Below are positions 26,886-38,300 of a DNA stretch of 64,000 nucleotides, piece by piece. The stretch lies in NCBI GenBank assembly GCA_033763315.1, contig JANRKS010000005.1, forward strand, positions 224,001-288,000. The letters are read 5' to 3'. Within the stretch, counting starts at the first letter, position 1. The number at the start of each line of letters is the position of its first letter. A program made the position numbers and the translations under genes. This DNA is from Deltaproteobacteria bacterium. Its GTDB lineage: Bacteria > Myxococcota_A > Polyangia > Fen-1088. A model generated the notes under the pieces. It saw only the letters and a list, made by a program, of their open reading frames with translations. It made no database searches and was not told the origin of the DNA.

Positions 26886-29800
26886 AGGCCGCGCTGATAC
26901 ATGTCATTGAGGCGTGCGCACGCAACCGCGTGGTGGTTTTGGTGGGCGTGGCAATGGCGTTGGTGGGCGCGGGCATGGCGATCAAGCGTATCAAATTGGA
27001 TGCGATTCCGGATCTATCCGAGCCGCAGGTGATCGTGTTCACCGAATGGATGGGGCGCAGCCCCACGTTGATCGAAGATCAGGTGACGTATCCCATCGCC
27101 TCAAAGCTCATCGGCACGCCCAAGGTCAAAGACGTGCGTGGGTATTCGATGTTCGGCATGTCGTTCATCTACGTGGTTTTTCACGAAGGCACCGATATCT
27201 ACTGGGCACGCAGCCGCGTGCTTGAATACCTCAGTGGTCTCAAAGCGCAGCTGCCACAGGGTGTGGCGCCCACGCTTGGGCCCGATGCCACGGGGGTGGG
27301 GTGGGTGTTTCAATACGCGCTTGTGGATCGTTCTGGAAAGCACAGCTTGGACGAATTGCGCACGCTGCAGGATTTCAATCTGCGTTACGCCTTGGGCAGC
27401 GTGCCCGGCGTCGCCGAAGTGGCAAGCGTGGGCGGCTTTGCCAAACAATACCAAGTGACGGTGGATCCCAACCGCCTGCGTGGCTTCGGCGTGTCTGTGG
27501 AAGAAGTGATCGCTGCCATTCGCGACTCGAACAACGACGTGGGCGGCCGGGTGATCGAAATGTCGGGCCGTGAATACTACGTGCGAGGCCGCGGCTACAT
27601 CCAAGATCTGGGCGCGATCGAACGCATCCCGCTGCGCGTGAGTGGCCCGGGTGGAACACCGCTTTTGATCAAAGACGTGGCCCAAGTGCGTTTCGGTCCT
27701 GACATTCGCCGCGGTTTAATGGAATGGAACGGCGAGGGTGAGGCCGTGGGTGGCATCGTGGTGATGCGGTTTGGTGAAAACGCGCTGCAAGTGATTGAAC
27801 GCGTGAAGAGCAAGCTTGATGAACTGCGCCCAAGCTTGCCCGAAGGTGTGCAAGTCGAGGTGGCGTACGACCGCAGCGGGCTCATTGAACGCTCTATCAC
27901 AACGCTAAAACATGCGCTGGTGGAAGAAGCGCTGGTGGTGAGCCTGGTGATCTTGATGTTCTTGCTGCACGTGCGCAGCTCGCTGCTGCCGATCCTGTCG
28001 ATACCCATCAGCGTCGCTCTTTCGTTCATCCCGATGTACTTCCTGGACATCCCATCAACGATCATGAGCTTGGGCGGCATTGCCATTGCAATCGGCGCCA
28101 CCGTGGACGCTGAGATCGTGATGATCGAGGCGGCGCACAAAAAGCTCGAGCACGCGCCCGTGGGGGCGGAGCGGCAGAAGTTGCTCGCAGAGGCGGCCAG
28201 TGAAGTGACGCCTGCCATCTTCTTTTCGCTGCTCATCATCGCGGTGGCGTTCTTGCCTGTGTTTACGTTGACGGGCCAAGCCGGGCAGCTGTTTCGCCCG
28301 CTGGCCTATACGAAGACGTTCGTTATGTTGATCTCGGCGGTGCTTTCCATCACGTTTGCGCCCGCTCTGCGCGATTTGCTCATCCGCGGCAAGATTTACT
28401 CGGAAAAGAATCACCCCATATCGAAGGCGATCATCCGCGTCTACGAGCCGTTCGTTTATGTAGCGTTGCGGCGCCCGAAATCGACCGTGGCTTTGGGCCT
28501 CTTGGCCGTTCTTTCGGCCATCCCTGTGGCTGCGCACCTCGGGCACGAGTTTATGCCGCCGCTTAACGAAGGCGATCTGCTTTACATGCCGATCACGTTG
28601 CCCAACATTTCGATCGAAGAAGCGAAGAACCAGCTGCAGCTGCAAGATCGCTTGCTGCACAGCTTCCCTGAAGTGGATTCGGTGTTCGGCAAAATTGGCC
28701 GGGCGGAGACCGCCACGGATCCGGCGCCCCTGACGATGGTGGAGACTACGGTGCGGCTCAAGCCGCAGCACACGTGGCGCAAGGTGGCGCATCAGCGCTG
28801 GTATTCTTCATGGGCGCCCCAGTGGCTGGCCGCGGTGTTGCTCCCGTTGTGGCCCGATCAGAAGACCATGACGTGGGAAGAGTTGACGCAAGAGATGAAT
28901 GCGAAAATGCAGCTGCCAGGATGGACCAATGCCTGGACGATGCCGATCAAAACCCGGATCGACATGTTGAGCACCGGCGTGCGCACACCCGTGGGCATTA
29001 AGGTGTATGGCACGGATCTAAAGGAGATTGAAGCCGTCGGCACGCAACTTGAGTTCTTGATCGCGAAGATCCCCGGCACCCGCAGCGTGCTTTATGAACG
29101 CAACTTGGGCGGGCTTTACATCGACATCGTTCCGCGCAGTGACGCCTTGGCGCGCTTCGGCTTACGCGTGGGCGATCTGCAGCGTGTGATTGAGTCGGCC
29201 ATCGGAGGCACCCCGATTGACATGACAGTGGAAGGGCGAAACCGTTTCAGCATCAACGTTCGTTACCCCCAAGATATGCGCAACGATTTGCAGCGGATGC
29301 GCGAGGTGCTGGTGCCTTTGCCGCGCACAGAAGCGAATCCGATGACCGGTGCACAAAACCCTGCAGGCATGGCGTTTATCCCGCTGGGGCAAGTGGCAGA
29401 CATCAAGGTGGTGGGCGGCCCACCTATGGTGCGTGAGGAAGCGGGCATGTTGGCGGGCTACGTTTACGTGGACATCGATCAAGCCAAACGCGACATTGGT
29501 GGCTATGTGAACGAAGCCAAGCAGTTCGTGGCCACGGCCTTGGCCGATGGATCGCTGAAGCTGCCGTCGGGATACCACCTTAAGTGGACGGGGCAGTATG
29601 AGCAGCTGCAAGAGATGGCCGAACGCATGAAGGTGGTGGTGCCGCTGACCTTCTTCATCATCGTGCTGCTGCTGTATTTTCAGTTTCGCAACTTCACCGA
29701 AGTTTTGATCGTGTTGCTATCGATCCCATTTGCGTTGGTGGGCAGCGTGTGGCTCATGCACTTGCTTGATTATCGGGTATCCACGGCGGTGTGGGTGGGC

Positions 29801-30388
29801 GTGATCGCGCTTGTGGGCTTGGCGGCGCAAACTGGCATCGTGATGATCGTGTACATCGACCAAGCCTATGAAAAGCGCAAAGCCGCGGGTTTGGTGCGCG
29901 ATCTGAACGACATCATTTGGGCGCATATGGAGGGCACGGTCAAACGCGTGCGTCCCAAACTCATGACCGTCTCGACGATGTTGGTGGGTTTGGTTCCGCT
30001 TTTGTGGGCCACGTCGTCAGGGGCGGATGTGATGAAACGCATTGCCGCGCCCATGGTCGGCGGCTTGCTGACCTCGGCGTTCTTGACCTTGGAGATCATT
30101 CCGGTGATCTACACCTACTGGCGGCAAGAGCAGTTGCTTTGGGAAGGCCTGGTGGCGCGCGATCCACGGCGGTTGGCTGCGCTGCAAGCCTGGCGGTGGG
30201 TGCTGTCCGCTGGGGCTGCCGCCATCGCCGTTGTTGTGGTCTCGCCGGTGTATTTGCCGCTTGGCCCTACGGCGTTTCGGACGGCGCTGGCGCTGGCCGT
30301 GGTGGTGTTCTTCGTGGGGACCGTGGTGTATTTCGCCTTGCGCCCCGCCGCGCATCGTTTGGTGTGGCCGGAGGCAACCGTGGCGTAG
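26882..30388 (+). CDS. cusA: CusA/SilA-type Cu(I)/Ag(I) RND permease with a C-terminal two-TM extension
   Basis: LDAIPDLS, GPDATGVGWVFQY, three-Met site motifs EFMPPL, APLTMVET, RIDMLSTG; RVRPKLMT. Confidence 0.92.
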   Translation: MKAALIHVIEACARNRVVVLVGVAMALVGAGMAIKRIKLDAIPDLSEPQVIVFTEWMGRSPTLIEDQVTYPIASKLIGTPKVKDVRGYSMFGMSFIYVVFHEGTDIYWARSRVLEYLSGLKAQLPQGVAPTLGPDATGVGWVFQYALVDRSGKHSLDELRTLQDFNLRYALGSVPGVAEVASVGGFAKQYQVTVDPNRLRGFGVSVEEVIAAIRDSNNDVGGRVIEMSGREYYVRGRGYIQDLGAIERIPLRVSGPGGTPLLIKDVAQVRFGPDIRRGLMEWNGEGEAVGGIVVMRFGENALQVIERVKSKLDELRPSLPEGVQVEVAYDRSGLIERSITTLKHALVEEALVVSLVILMFLLHVRSSLLPILSIPISVALSFIPMYFLDIPSTIMSLGGIAIAIGATVDAEIVMIEAAHKKLEHAPVGAERQKLLAEAASEVTPAIFFSLLIIAVAFLPVFTLTGQAGQLFRPLAYTKTFVMLISAVLSITFAPALRDLLIRGKIYSEKNHPISKAIIRVYEPFVYVALRRPKSTVALGLLAVLSAIPVAAHLGHEFMPPLNEGDLLYMPITLPNISIEEAKNQLQLQDRLLHSFPEVDSVFGKIGRAETATDPAPLTMVETTVRLKPQHTWRKVAHQRWYSSWAPQWLAAVLLPLWPDQKTMTWEELTQEMNAKMQLPGWTNAWTMPIKTRIDMLSTGVRTPVGIKVYGTDLKEIEAVGTQLEFLIAKIPGTRSVLYERNLGGLYIDIVPRSDALARFGLRVGDLQRVIESAIGGTPIDMTVEGRNRFSINVRYPQDMRNDLQRMREVLVPLPRTEANPMTGAQNPAGMAFIPLGQVADIKVVGGPPMVREEAGMLAGYVYVDIDQAKRDIGGYVNEAKQFVATALADGSLKLPSGYHLKWTGQYEQLQEMAERMKVVVPLTFFIIVLLLYFQFRNFTEVLIVLLSIPFALVGSVWLMHLLDYRVSTAVWVGVIALVGLAAQTGIVMIVYIDQAYEKRKAAGLVRDLNDIIWAHMEGTVKRVRPKLMTVSTMLVGLVPLLWATSSGADVMKRIAAPMVGGLLTSAFLTLEIIPVIYTYWRQEQLLWEGLVARDPRRLAALQAWRWVLSAGAAAIAVVVVSPVYLPLGPTAFRTALALAVVVFFVGTVVYFALRPAAHRLVWPEATVA

Positions 30389-30502
30389 CTTTGGGGGAAG
30401 GTCGCCTTACGCGAAGGTGAGATCTAGATTGAACATCAATGCAAGACATGCCGTGGTGTTGGCGGCCAATGACAGGGGCGCACGGCGGTGCAAACTCGTG
30501 TG

Positions 30503-31279
30503 ATGTCTCAACGCCGCATCGCTTGTTCGACCTTGCCGTGGACCGATCAACCTTTGGCTTCTGTGTTGGGCACCATTGACTCCGCGGGCTTTGAGTACTG
30601 GGAGTTGCCGATCCGCGGCGACAACGTGCATCTGGGCCACTTGGATCCCGCGGATCTCCTTGCTGATGCAGGCGCCGCGCAGTCGCTTGTCATCGCTGCA
30701 CGCTCCCACCCCCGGCTGAAGTTGTTGTCGGCCGGCTTCGAGATCCACCGTGGCTCGCCCCTTGAGCGGGAATTGACGTTGTTCAACGCGTGCCTGTCGG
30801 TGTTGCAGGATCTAGGCGCTGCTTTCGTCACAATCTTTGCCTTCGATGACGGAGCGGCGCCTCGCATGCAACGGCTTGAGGCGATGGCTGAGGCTGCAAG
30901 CCGCGCAGGCCTACGCCTTCTTGTGGAGACGCACCGGCGGACGGCAACCGAGGTGCCCGAGATCGCCGCCGAGCTGGCTTCGTGCGGGTATGCGCTTACG
31001 CTCGACCATTCTCATTACGTCAGCAAGGATGTGCCCAGGCAACGCATGGCACCGCTGCGATCGCACGCTCATTTGCTGCAAGTGCGGGGCTGTGCCAGTG
31101 GCCAAGTGGAGTGCCCCGTACAAACTCACGATGAGGCGCAAGCCGCCAAAGACTGGCTGCAGTGGTTGACCTCGATGGCGCCTTCCGACGCACCGTTGGT
31201 GATAGAGCACATCGACAGGAACCGCGACTGGTGGCCGTCGATCAAGCGTTGGCAGCAATTGGCACGCGAGCTTGCTTGA
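30503..31279 (+). CDS. Sugar phosphate isomerase/epimerase (AP endonuclease 2 / xylose isomerase-like TIM barrel)
   Basis: GFEYWEL, LLVETH, LTLDHSH, LQVRG, LVIEH. Confidence 0.7.
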   Translation: MSQRRIACSTLPWTDQPLASVLGTIDSAGFEYWELPIRGDNVHLGHLDPADLLADAGAAQSLVIAARSHPRLKLLSAGFEIHRGSPLERELTLFNACLSVLQDLGAAFVTIFAFDDGAAPRMQRLEAMAEAASRAGLRLLVETHRRTATEVPEIAAELASCGYALTLDHSHYVSKDVPRQRMAPLRSHAHLLQVRGCASGQVECPVQTHDEAQAAKDWLQWLTSMAPSDAPLVIEHIDRNRDWWPSIKRWQQLARELA

Positions 31280-31303
31280 TGCAGGCAAGCGGGCACGAAA
31301 GTA

Positions 31304-32224
31304 TCACGCTTCGTCTTGCAAGCCTGCAAACATCGTCACGTTGGTCGTCACTGTGGCACCTGGTTCAAGAATTAGGCAGTGCCCGGTGCGTGCCGCTTCG
31401 ACAACCGACATCGGCATCGTGGTGCACGGTTCAAGGATCGCTGTGTAGTGATTGTCGAAGCCTCCATAAGAGGCAAACAACCACGCACACGGGAACACCG
31501 CTGGATCGAAGCGATAGCGAAACAAATGCCCCGTGGCAGGACGGCGCCAAGCGATCTCACCGCGCTCGAGTTCGTAAAGATGGAGAAAGTCAGTGCTTCC
31601 GTCGCGCGCCGGAACAACGTCAGCGCGCGCGCCGGGCCGTGGGCTGGGCCAAGCAAACGCGGGCGAATCACCCCAGCGCGACCATGCAGGATCAGCCACG
31701 CGTGCACGGCGGGCCGGGCACACGATCTCATCGCCAGGCGCGATCGCGATGGCCGCATGCAGCTTGAACATGACCGGCTGCCGCCGCGTCGTCGTGTTGG
31801 TGAGTGTGTAGCGCAGGCGCACTTCAGGCGCGTCGTCCGCCAGCACCATGTCGCGCTCGTAATGTAGACCGCTGACCGGCAGACCCCCGCGCAACCGAAG
31901 TGTGTCGCCGACCACCTGCGCGGTGAGCTGGCTCGTCCACAGCTCGCCGTGATCAGGCAGCGCCACGCCTTGCACAATCTCGGGAATGTCGTTCGGCAAC
32001 AACTCATCGATGCCTCCCCAAAAGGCAGGATCGTAAGCTTCGCCTGGGTTGCAGGGCACAAGCGGCGCGCCCGGCCGTTGCCACAGAAACTCGTGACCGG
32101 TGCCCCGATGGTGAACGCTGACGACGCGTCCCCCCAGGGACGGTGCCACATCAAGTATCAGTCGTTCACTTGTAAGCCGCACGAGCGGCACACCGTCGCG
32201 CGCGAGCCAGGACGCCGTGGGCAT
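31304..32224 (-). CDS. Galactose mutarotase/aldose epimerase-like fold protein
   Basis: PSLGGRVVSV, GGIDELLP, LPDHGELW, ILEPCT. Confidence 0.75.
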   Translation of the reverse strand: MPTASWLARDGVPLVRLTSERLILDVAPSLGGRVVSVHHRGTGHEFLWQRPGAPLVPCNPGEAYDPAFWGGIDELLPNDIPEIVQGVALPDHGELWTSQLTAQVVGDTLRLRGGLPVSGLHYERDMVLADDAPEVRLRYTLTNTTTRRQPVMFKLHAAIAIAPGDEIVCPARRARVADPAWSRWGDSPAFAWPSPRPGARADVVPARDGSTDFLHLYELERGEIAWRRPATGHLFRYRFDPAVFPCAWLFASYGGFDNHYTAILEPCTTMPMSVVEAARTGHCLILEPGATVTTNVTMFAGLQDEA

Positions 32225-32289
32225 GGACGGTGTCTAGCTCTGTTCTCGAAAAAGAACAAGTGTTTCCTGTTGCCACGCCCCCGATCGCC

Positions 32290-32736
32290 CTAGGCTTTGC
32301 GCCGCTTGAAATGCGCCACCAGGTTATCAAGCGTTTGGTTGGTGCCGTCCGCAACACCCAGCTTTACGAACTGTTCAAGATGCTCGGCCGATGAGCACCG
32401 AATGCTGACCGTCATGTGCGTATGTTCGCCAACCTCCTGAAGACGCACGGTGCCGATGGCGCCCATGGCGTCGAACACAAGTTGCGAAGGAGGATCGACC
32501 ACGCGGTAGACGCCTGTAAAATCGTGTGCATGCTGCGTGGCCATCGTGAAACGGAATGTGCCACCTGGGCGAAGATCGACGGCACAATTGGCAAGCGGCA
32601 CGCCGGTGGGATCCCACCATTGCTTGATCTGAGCGGCGTCAGTCCAGGCCTCAAACACGTCCTCGCGCGAGGACGCAAACACTCTCTCGAATGAGATTGT
32701 GAAGGTTTCGTGATCGACGTTTGTACGGGTTGTCAT
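32290..32736 (-). CDS. SRPBCC (AHSA1-like) domain protein
   Basis: FERVFASSREDVFEAWTD...WW...DLRPGGTFRF. Confidence 0.9.
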   Translation of the reverse strand: MTTRTNVDHETFTISFERVFASSREDVFEAWTDAAQIKQWWDPTGVPLANCAVDLRPGGTFRFTMATQHAHDFTGVYRVVDPPSQLVFDAMGAIGTVRLQEVGEHTHMTVSIRCSSAEHLEQFVKLGVADGTNQTLDNLVAHFKRRKA

Positions 32737-33089
32737 TTCTTCGAGCCCTTTTGGCCAGTGGTTTTGGTGTTCTTCCGTTTCAGGAAAGCATCAAGTGAGT
32801 CAAAGCGGCGTTCCCATTGCTCACGGAATGGTCGCAGCCAAGCGTCAACGTCTTTGAGCGGGCCGCCCAGCACAAGGCGCCGCGGGCGGCGTTGGGCGTC
32901 CTTGCCTTGTTCGATCAACCCGGCTTCTTCCAGCACGCGAAGGTGCTTGGAAATTGTGGGTTGCGCGAGCCCAAAAGGCTCCGCCAGTTCGGTGACCGTG
33001 GCCTCGCCCTGGGCAAGGCGCGAAAGTATGGCTCGCCGGGTGGGGTCTGCCAACGCTGAGAATGCGAGATCAACTTGCACGCTGTTCAT
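32733..33089 (-). CDS. ArsR/SmtB-family transcriptional regulator
   Basis: FSALADPTRRAILSRL...ISKHLRVLEEAGLI; 4-bp overlap with SRPBCC gene. Confidence 0.93.
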   Translation of the reverse strand: MNSVQVDLAFSALADPTRRAILSRLAQGEATVTELAEPFGLAQPTISKHLRVLEEAGLIEQGKDAQRRPRRLVLGGPLKDVDAWLRPFREQWERRFDSLDAFLKRKNTKTTGQKGSKK

Positions 33090-33120
33090 TGCCCATTAGA
33101 TATATAGCCAAATGGCAATG
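33087..33120. promoter_or_regulatory. Probable ArsR autoregulatory operator
   Basis: CATTGCC...GGCAATG inverted repeat with inner TAGCCAAATGGCAA, overlapping the arsR start codon. Confidence 0.55.
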
Positions 33121-33220
33121 CTGTCCAGTCGCAGGGCTTTTTTCTCAAAAGTCAGCTGCCGATTCTCTGCTGATGCCGAGTCTTCGAGGGGGCGCCTGCT
33201 GTGGTTTAATTCCCTCCACA

Positions 33221-34225
33221 ATGCAAATGGATGCAACACTTCTGGCGTTTCGTCTTTACGAAAACGAAGGCCGCTCGTTTGGAAAGCTTGAAACCATGCG
33301 AGTCGGCGATCTGGATGAGGGTGACTTGCTGGTGCGCGTGGCTTACTCCTCCGTGAACTACAAAGATGCGTTGGCAGCCACGGGGCAAGGCAAGATCGTT
33401 CGTCGGTTTCCGTGCGTGGGCGGCATTGATTTGGTGGGGCAAGTGGTCACGTCTGCATCCCCAGATTTTCAAGTGGGTGATGACGTGGTCGTGGGTGGCT
33501 TTGGTTTGGGCGTGAGCCACGACGGTGGTTACGCACAATACGCGCGCGTGCCGTCGGCATGGGCGGTGCCGTTGGCGCCACCGCTTACACCTTATGAAAG
33601 TATGGCGCTCGGCACGGCGGGCTTCACCGCGGCGCTAGCCGTTGAACGCCTTGAAGTGTGTGGCCTTCGGCCGGGCCACGGGGCTGTGGCTGTGACGGGC
33701 GCCAACGGGGGCGTGGGATCGCTCGCGATCGCACTTTTGGCGGCAAAAGGTTATGACGTGGTGGCGTTCACCAACAAACTGCATCTGCGGGAGCGCTTGC
33801 GAAATTTGGGCGCCGCCGAAGTGCAAGCGTTGCCCGCACCCGCCGAACGCGAGGCCAAGCCGTTGTCGCGCGCGAAGTGGGCGGCGGCGATCGACAATTT
33901 GGGTGGCGATGTGCTGCCCTGGTTGGTGAGCGCCACTCAAATTGGCGGCGGCGTCGCTAGCGTCGGCAACGCTGTGGGCGCCACCTTCACAAGCAGCGTC
34001 TATCCCTTCATTTTGCGGGGCGTTTCGCTGTTAGGCATCGATTCAGCCCATTGCCCATTGCCCTTGCGGCAACGCTTGTGGGCGCAACTTGCCGTTCTTC
34101 GCGCGTCACTGCACTTGCACGAAATTACACAGGTGGTCTCTCTGCACGATCTGCCGGCGTTGATGCCGCAATTTATTGCCGGGCAAGTGCAAGGCCGCAA
34201 GGTGGTGCAGATGCCGGCGCCTTAG
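33221..34225 (+). CDS. YhdH/AcuI-family MDR oxidoreductase (acryloyl-CoA reductase-like)
   Basis: YSSVNYKDALA, GTAGFTAAL, VTGANGGVGS, PFILRGVSLLGIDS. Confidence 0.9.
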   Translation: MQMDATLLAFRLYENEGRSFGKLETMRVGDLDEGDLLVRVAYSSVNYKDALAATGQGKIVRRFPCVGGIDLVGQVVTSASPDFQVGDDVVVGGFGLGVSHDGGYAQYARVPSAWAVPLAPPLTPYESMALGTAGFTAALAVERLEVCGLRPGHGAVAVTGANGGVGSLAIALLAAKGYDVVAFTNKLHLRERLRNLGAAEVQALPAPAEREAKPLSRAKWAAAIDNLGGDVLPWLVSATQIGGGVASVGNAVGATFTSSVYPFILRGVSLLGIDSAHCPLPLRQRLWAQLAVLRASLHLHEITQVVSLHDLPALMPQFIAGQVQGRKVVQMPAP

Positions 34226-34466
34226 AGATTGCGCTTGGAACAGGCCCTCGGTTAAAGCTGGGCGATACCCCCCAGTCTACCATTCGGTTCAGCGCGTTCG
34301 CTTGTTGCACGCGTGCGGAGCACATGTGGGATGTTCTGCGATTTAGTTCGTGCCACGCGCGAACGCTTTGTGGCCACGAGCCGCCGGTTGATGCAGACTT
34401 GACACTCGTTATCTTGACGACGATGTGTGAAGCACTTCGGCTCGGTCGCTGATACGGAGGCGCGCC

Positions 34467-35336
34467 ATGAAGTACTGGCTGTTCTTGTTGGCTGTTCTTT
34501 GGGCCTGTGGACCCGAGGAGTCGCGTACAGGGGGCGTTGGGGTTTGGGGCGGCATGGGTTCGGCGGATGGCGGATCGACTGCTGTGGCCGGACGTGGCGG
34601 CGGAGGAGGTGGCGGAGCGCCCGTGGCAAACGGCTCTGGCGGTGAGTTCGCAGCGGGGGGTACCGCCGGCGCGAGCACGGGCACGGGCGGCGTCAGCAGC
34701 GCAAGTGGTGGCGCGTCGGCAGGTATGATGGGCACAACCGGGGGCAAAGGAGGCGGCGGGAGTGCGGGCGTTAGCACGGGAGGCGCGGGTGGATCAAAGC
34801 CAGCCACGGGTGGCAATTCGGGCACAGGAGGAACGCAGGCTACGGGCGGCAGCCCTGCGACGGGAGGCACCCAGGGCACAGGCGGCGCACCCGCCACAGG
34901 CGGTGCGTCTGGAACGGGCGGCAACACGGGCAAGCCCAACCTCGTGATGAACGCTGGGTTTGAAAGCGGTGAAAATATGTGGAAGCGCCTTTCAGGCACT
35001 GGCGCCTTGGCGAGTCCAGGCCACACGGGCAATAACCGCATTGATGAACCCAGCCCCAATCATTGGTGGCAGCAAGATTTGTCCGGTTGGTTGGCGGGCC
35101 GCACCTATCGAATTTCCGCGTGGGGCAAAGTCACATCGGGAGAGTGCACCGTGGGACTCAAGATCGCCCTTAACACCGGCGGGGATCAGCGCATGTCCTC
35201 CCCAACGTTCACATCCACTTGGAGTGAAAAATCAATCGTGATGACAGTGCCGAACACCGCCGTTTGGTTGCAGGTGTTTTTCAGCGGCGGGGGCACCAAT
35301 TGTTCGTTCGACGACGTGCAGGTCATCGAACAGTGA
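34467..35336 (+). CDS. Lipoprotein with Gly/Thr/Ser linker and C-terminal carbohydrate-binding (CBM4/9-like) domain
   Basis: GGAGG RBS; LWAC lipobox; NLVMNAGFESG...YRISAWGK...FDDVQV. Confidence 0.75.
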   Translation: MKYWLFLLAVLWACGPEESRTGGVGVWGGMGSADGGSTAVAGRGGGGGGGAPVANGSGGEFAAGGTAGASTGTGGVSSASGGASAGMMGTTGGKGGGGSAGVSTGGAGGSKPATGGNSGTGGTQATGGSPATGGTQGTGGAPATGGASGTGGNTGKPNLVMNAGFESGENMWKRLSGTGALASPGHTGNNRIDEPSPNHWWQQDLSGWLAGRTYRISAWGKVTSGECTVGLKIALNTGGDQRMSSPTFTSTWSEKSIVMTVPNTAVWLQVFFSGGGTNCSFDDVQVIEQ

Positions 35337-35347
35337 CCTATCGTTTG

Positions 35348-38300
35348 TCAATTGGCCCCCGATGTGATCACTGTGTAGCGACCCGCGCGCACTTGCAGTT
35401 GCCAGCCGCCCTCGGGGAGCTTCTTCACTGCAAGCTCGGTGGCTGATGCCAACGGGCGGTTGTTAAATAGTGCCGTGGTCCCGGCCTCGGCAGGGATCAC
35501 GATCGTCGCGTTGGCTGAAGGCGGCACAGCGAAAGCGAAGCGCACGCCGTTGCCTTCGCGCTTCCATTGTGAGCCCACAGTTCCGCGCACCGTGTTCACA
35601 TGCGCTTCCACGGCGTCGAGACCCGCAGGCACTTGCGGAGCCATCGTGAAGTGTTCGAATCCGGGGGCCTGATCGTCAGGTTTGATGCCCGCCAAATATT
35701 CGTAGTACCAGGCGTCGATGTCGCCGAAGAAAATGTGGTTGCGCGATTCTTTGCCTTTCCAATCCTCCCACAAAGTGGTGGCCCCTTGATCGATCCAGTA
35801 ACCCCACGAAGGCGCTGTGCGACGGCTTGCCACCTTATAAGCCACGTCCATGTGGCCCGTGTCGGCCAAGGCCCGTAACACAGCTTTGGCGCCAATGACG
35901 CCCGTGTCCGGGTGAAAGTCTGTGGCTTCCAGGCTCTTGATCAAACGCGCGGCCGTGGCGGCTCGCAGCGTTTGTGGCACCAAATCATGCGTCAGGGCCA
36001 CGGCCAAGGCTGTTTGTTCATCGCTGCCCACTTGGCCTGTGGACGCGTTCACGAAGGCGCGTTGAAAGCCTTGTGATACGTGATCCGCCAAAGCGTTGTA
36101 GCGTTTCGCCGCCTCCAGCAAGCGCAACGCTTGTGCCGTTTTTGCCGCCAAATGTGCGGCCCAGCGATAGCTTGCCGTGGATGTGATGGCCACCGCGGTC
36201 TTCGTTTGCCACGGCACCCAATCGCCCAACCCCACATCCACAACGCCGTCTTTCTCGATCGACCGCAGATAGGCGAGGTAGCGCTCTTGCGCGGGCCACG
36301 CCAACTGCAAAGGCAGAACATCACCGTTGAACGTGTAGAGCGACCACGGCACAACAAACAAAGCCAATTCCCATGAAGGGCCGCTCCATTCGTTAAAGCC
36401 CCAGCCTGATGACGGCACAATGCCTGGCAGCTGCCCTTTGCTGTTTTGGGCGGATACCAAGTCGCGAATCCATTTGAGATAACCAGCCGTGTTCTCAAAG
36501 TTGAAAGCACCCGCGTCCATCGCCAAGTGCGCGTCGGCTGTCCAACCATTCTTTTCGCGCTGTGGGCAATCGGTGGGAATGCCTTGAAAATTGGCGATGT
36601 ATGACCAACGCGTGGCTTGGTGAATGCTGTTCACCAACGCATCAGAGGTTTCCAACGTGCCGATGCTCTCGAAGTCGGTATGGATCACGCGTGCTTCCAC
36701 ATTGTTGGTGGTGGGCGTGCCTGGCAAACCCTGCACCTCCACGTAACGAAAACCGTGGTACACGAAACGTGGCTCCCAAATCTCCTCTGAGCCGCCGCGC
36801 ATGATGTACTCGTCCGTTTGAAAACGGCCCTGCCGCAACCAACCGCCGATGGATTGATCCACCCGGCCGTTGGCATCCAGCGATTCACCGTAGCGAATCA
36901 CAAGCTTCGTGCCTGCCGTGCCTTGAACGTGTAAACGCGCCCAGCCGGCGATGTTTTGCCCCACGTCAAATACAGCCACGGGCCCCACTTGCTTCACGGA
37001 ACGTGATGGCAGCGTTTCAAGCACACGGATAGGCGGGTGCTCCTGTCCCAGCAATGGGCCTTTGGGTGTCGCGGCAAGTTCCACGTCGCGTGCTTTGGGA
37101 TCCACAAAACCCACGCGCGCAAAATCCGCTTTCTCAAGCCGCGCGTCATAATGTTCGCCATTGCGAATGCCATCAAAACGCACAGGGCCCTCGGTGACCT
37201 TCCAGGTTTTATCCGTGGCCACAACGAAGCGGTTGCCCGATTGCGTGGTCACTTCGATTTGCAGCAGCAACTTTGGATTGTCGCGCCAAGGCGCCGTGGC
37301 GAACCCCACGGGATCTCTGGCGTGCTGGTTGTAAAAGCCGTTGCCCAAGATCACGCCCACAGCGTTCTTGTTGGGATCTAACAAGCGCGTGATGTCGTGC
37401 ACCACATATTGCACATTCTTGCTGTAGTCCGTGTACCCCGGATCGAGGACGTGATCGCCCACGCGGCGGCCATTGATGTAAAGCTCGTAGTAACCGAGGC
37501 CCGAGATATAAGCCCGCGCGCTTTTGATCTGTTCGGGGGCTGCGAATTCCTTGAAGAAGTACGGAGCGGGAGCGGCCCAAGCGTCGGTGCGGGGGCGGCC
37601 ATCGAACGGTGGCTCGTCCCACTTCGCCACTTGTTCTGCAGCCACAAATCCCGCGGGGCTACCCACGTTCAACCAGCCGGAACTTGGCTGTTTCGCGGCT
37701 TGCCAGCCCACGTCGCCCGTGTTGATGGCAAAGCCGCCGCCATCGCGTGTGACCAATTGCAAAGACGCCAGCAAACCTGCCGGGCCGCCTTTGTTGTAGA
37801 CGTCGGCGCCCAATACGTTGCGGCCTGCGTGCAGCAGTGATGTCACGTCAACGGCTTCGCTGACGTCACCGGCGTCGACACTGAACACCTTCTTGCCGTT
37901 GACGAACACATCCGCGCTGTCATTCGCACCCACCAACAGCGATGCCTTTTGCACCTGCGCTCCCAGCGGCATCGCGAACTCATTGCGAAACCAGCGGTGA
38001 GCGGCCGGCGCCGCCTTCTTTGCGTTCTCATCTGGGTGCCAGATCCACGCGGCCGCTTGCAGCACCGCAAGCGGTGATTCCGTGGCGTCGGTGGGCCGCG
38101 TGATCCATTTGGCTGTCCAGTCGGTGCCTTGCAACAAGCCCATCTCAAACGACGTGGGCTCACTCCACGCTGAAAGGTTGTCGGCTTGGTTCCATACGCG
38201 CACCGCCACGAAGACGCGTTGACGCGACGTCAAAGCTGGACCCGCCCACACCACGCCCACATTCGCGTGGCTTGCCACCTTGCCCGTGTTCCACAACAAG

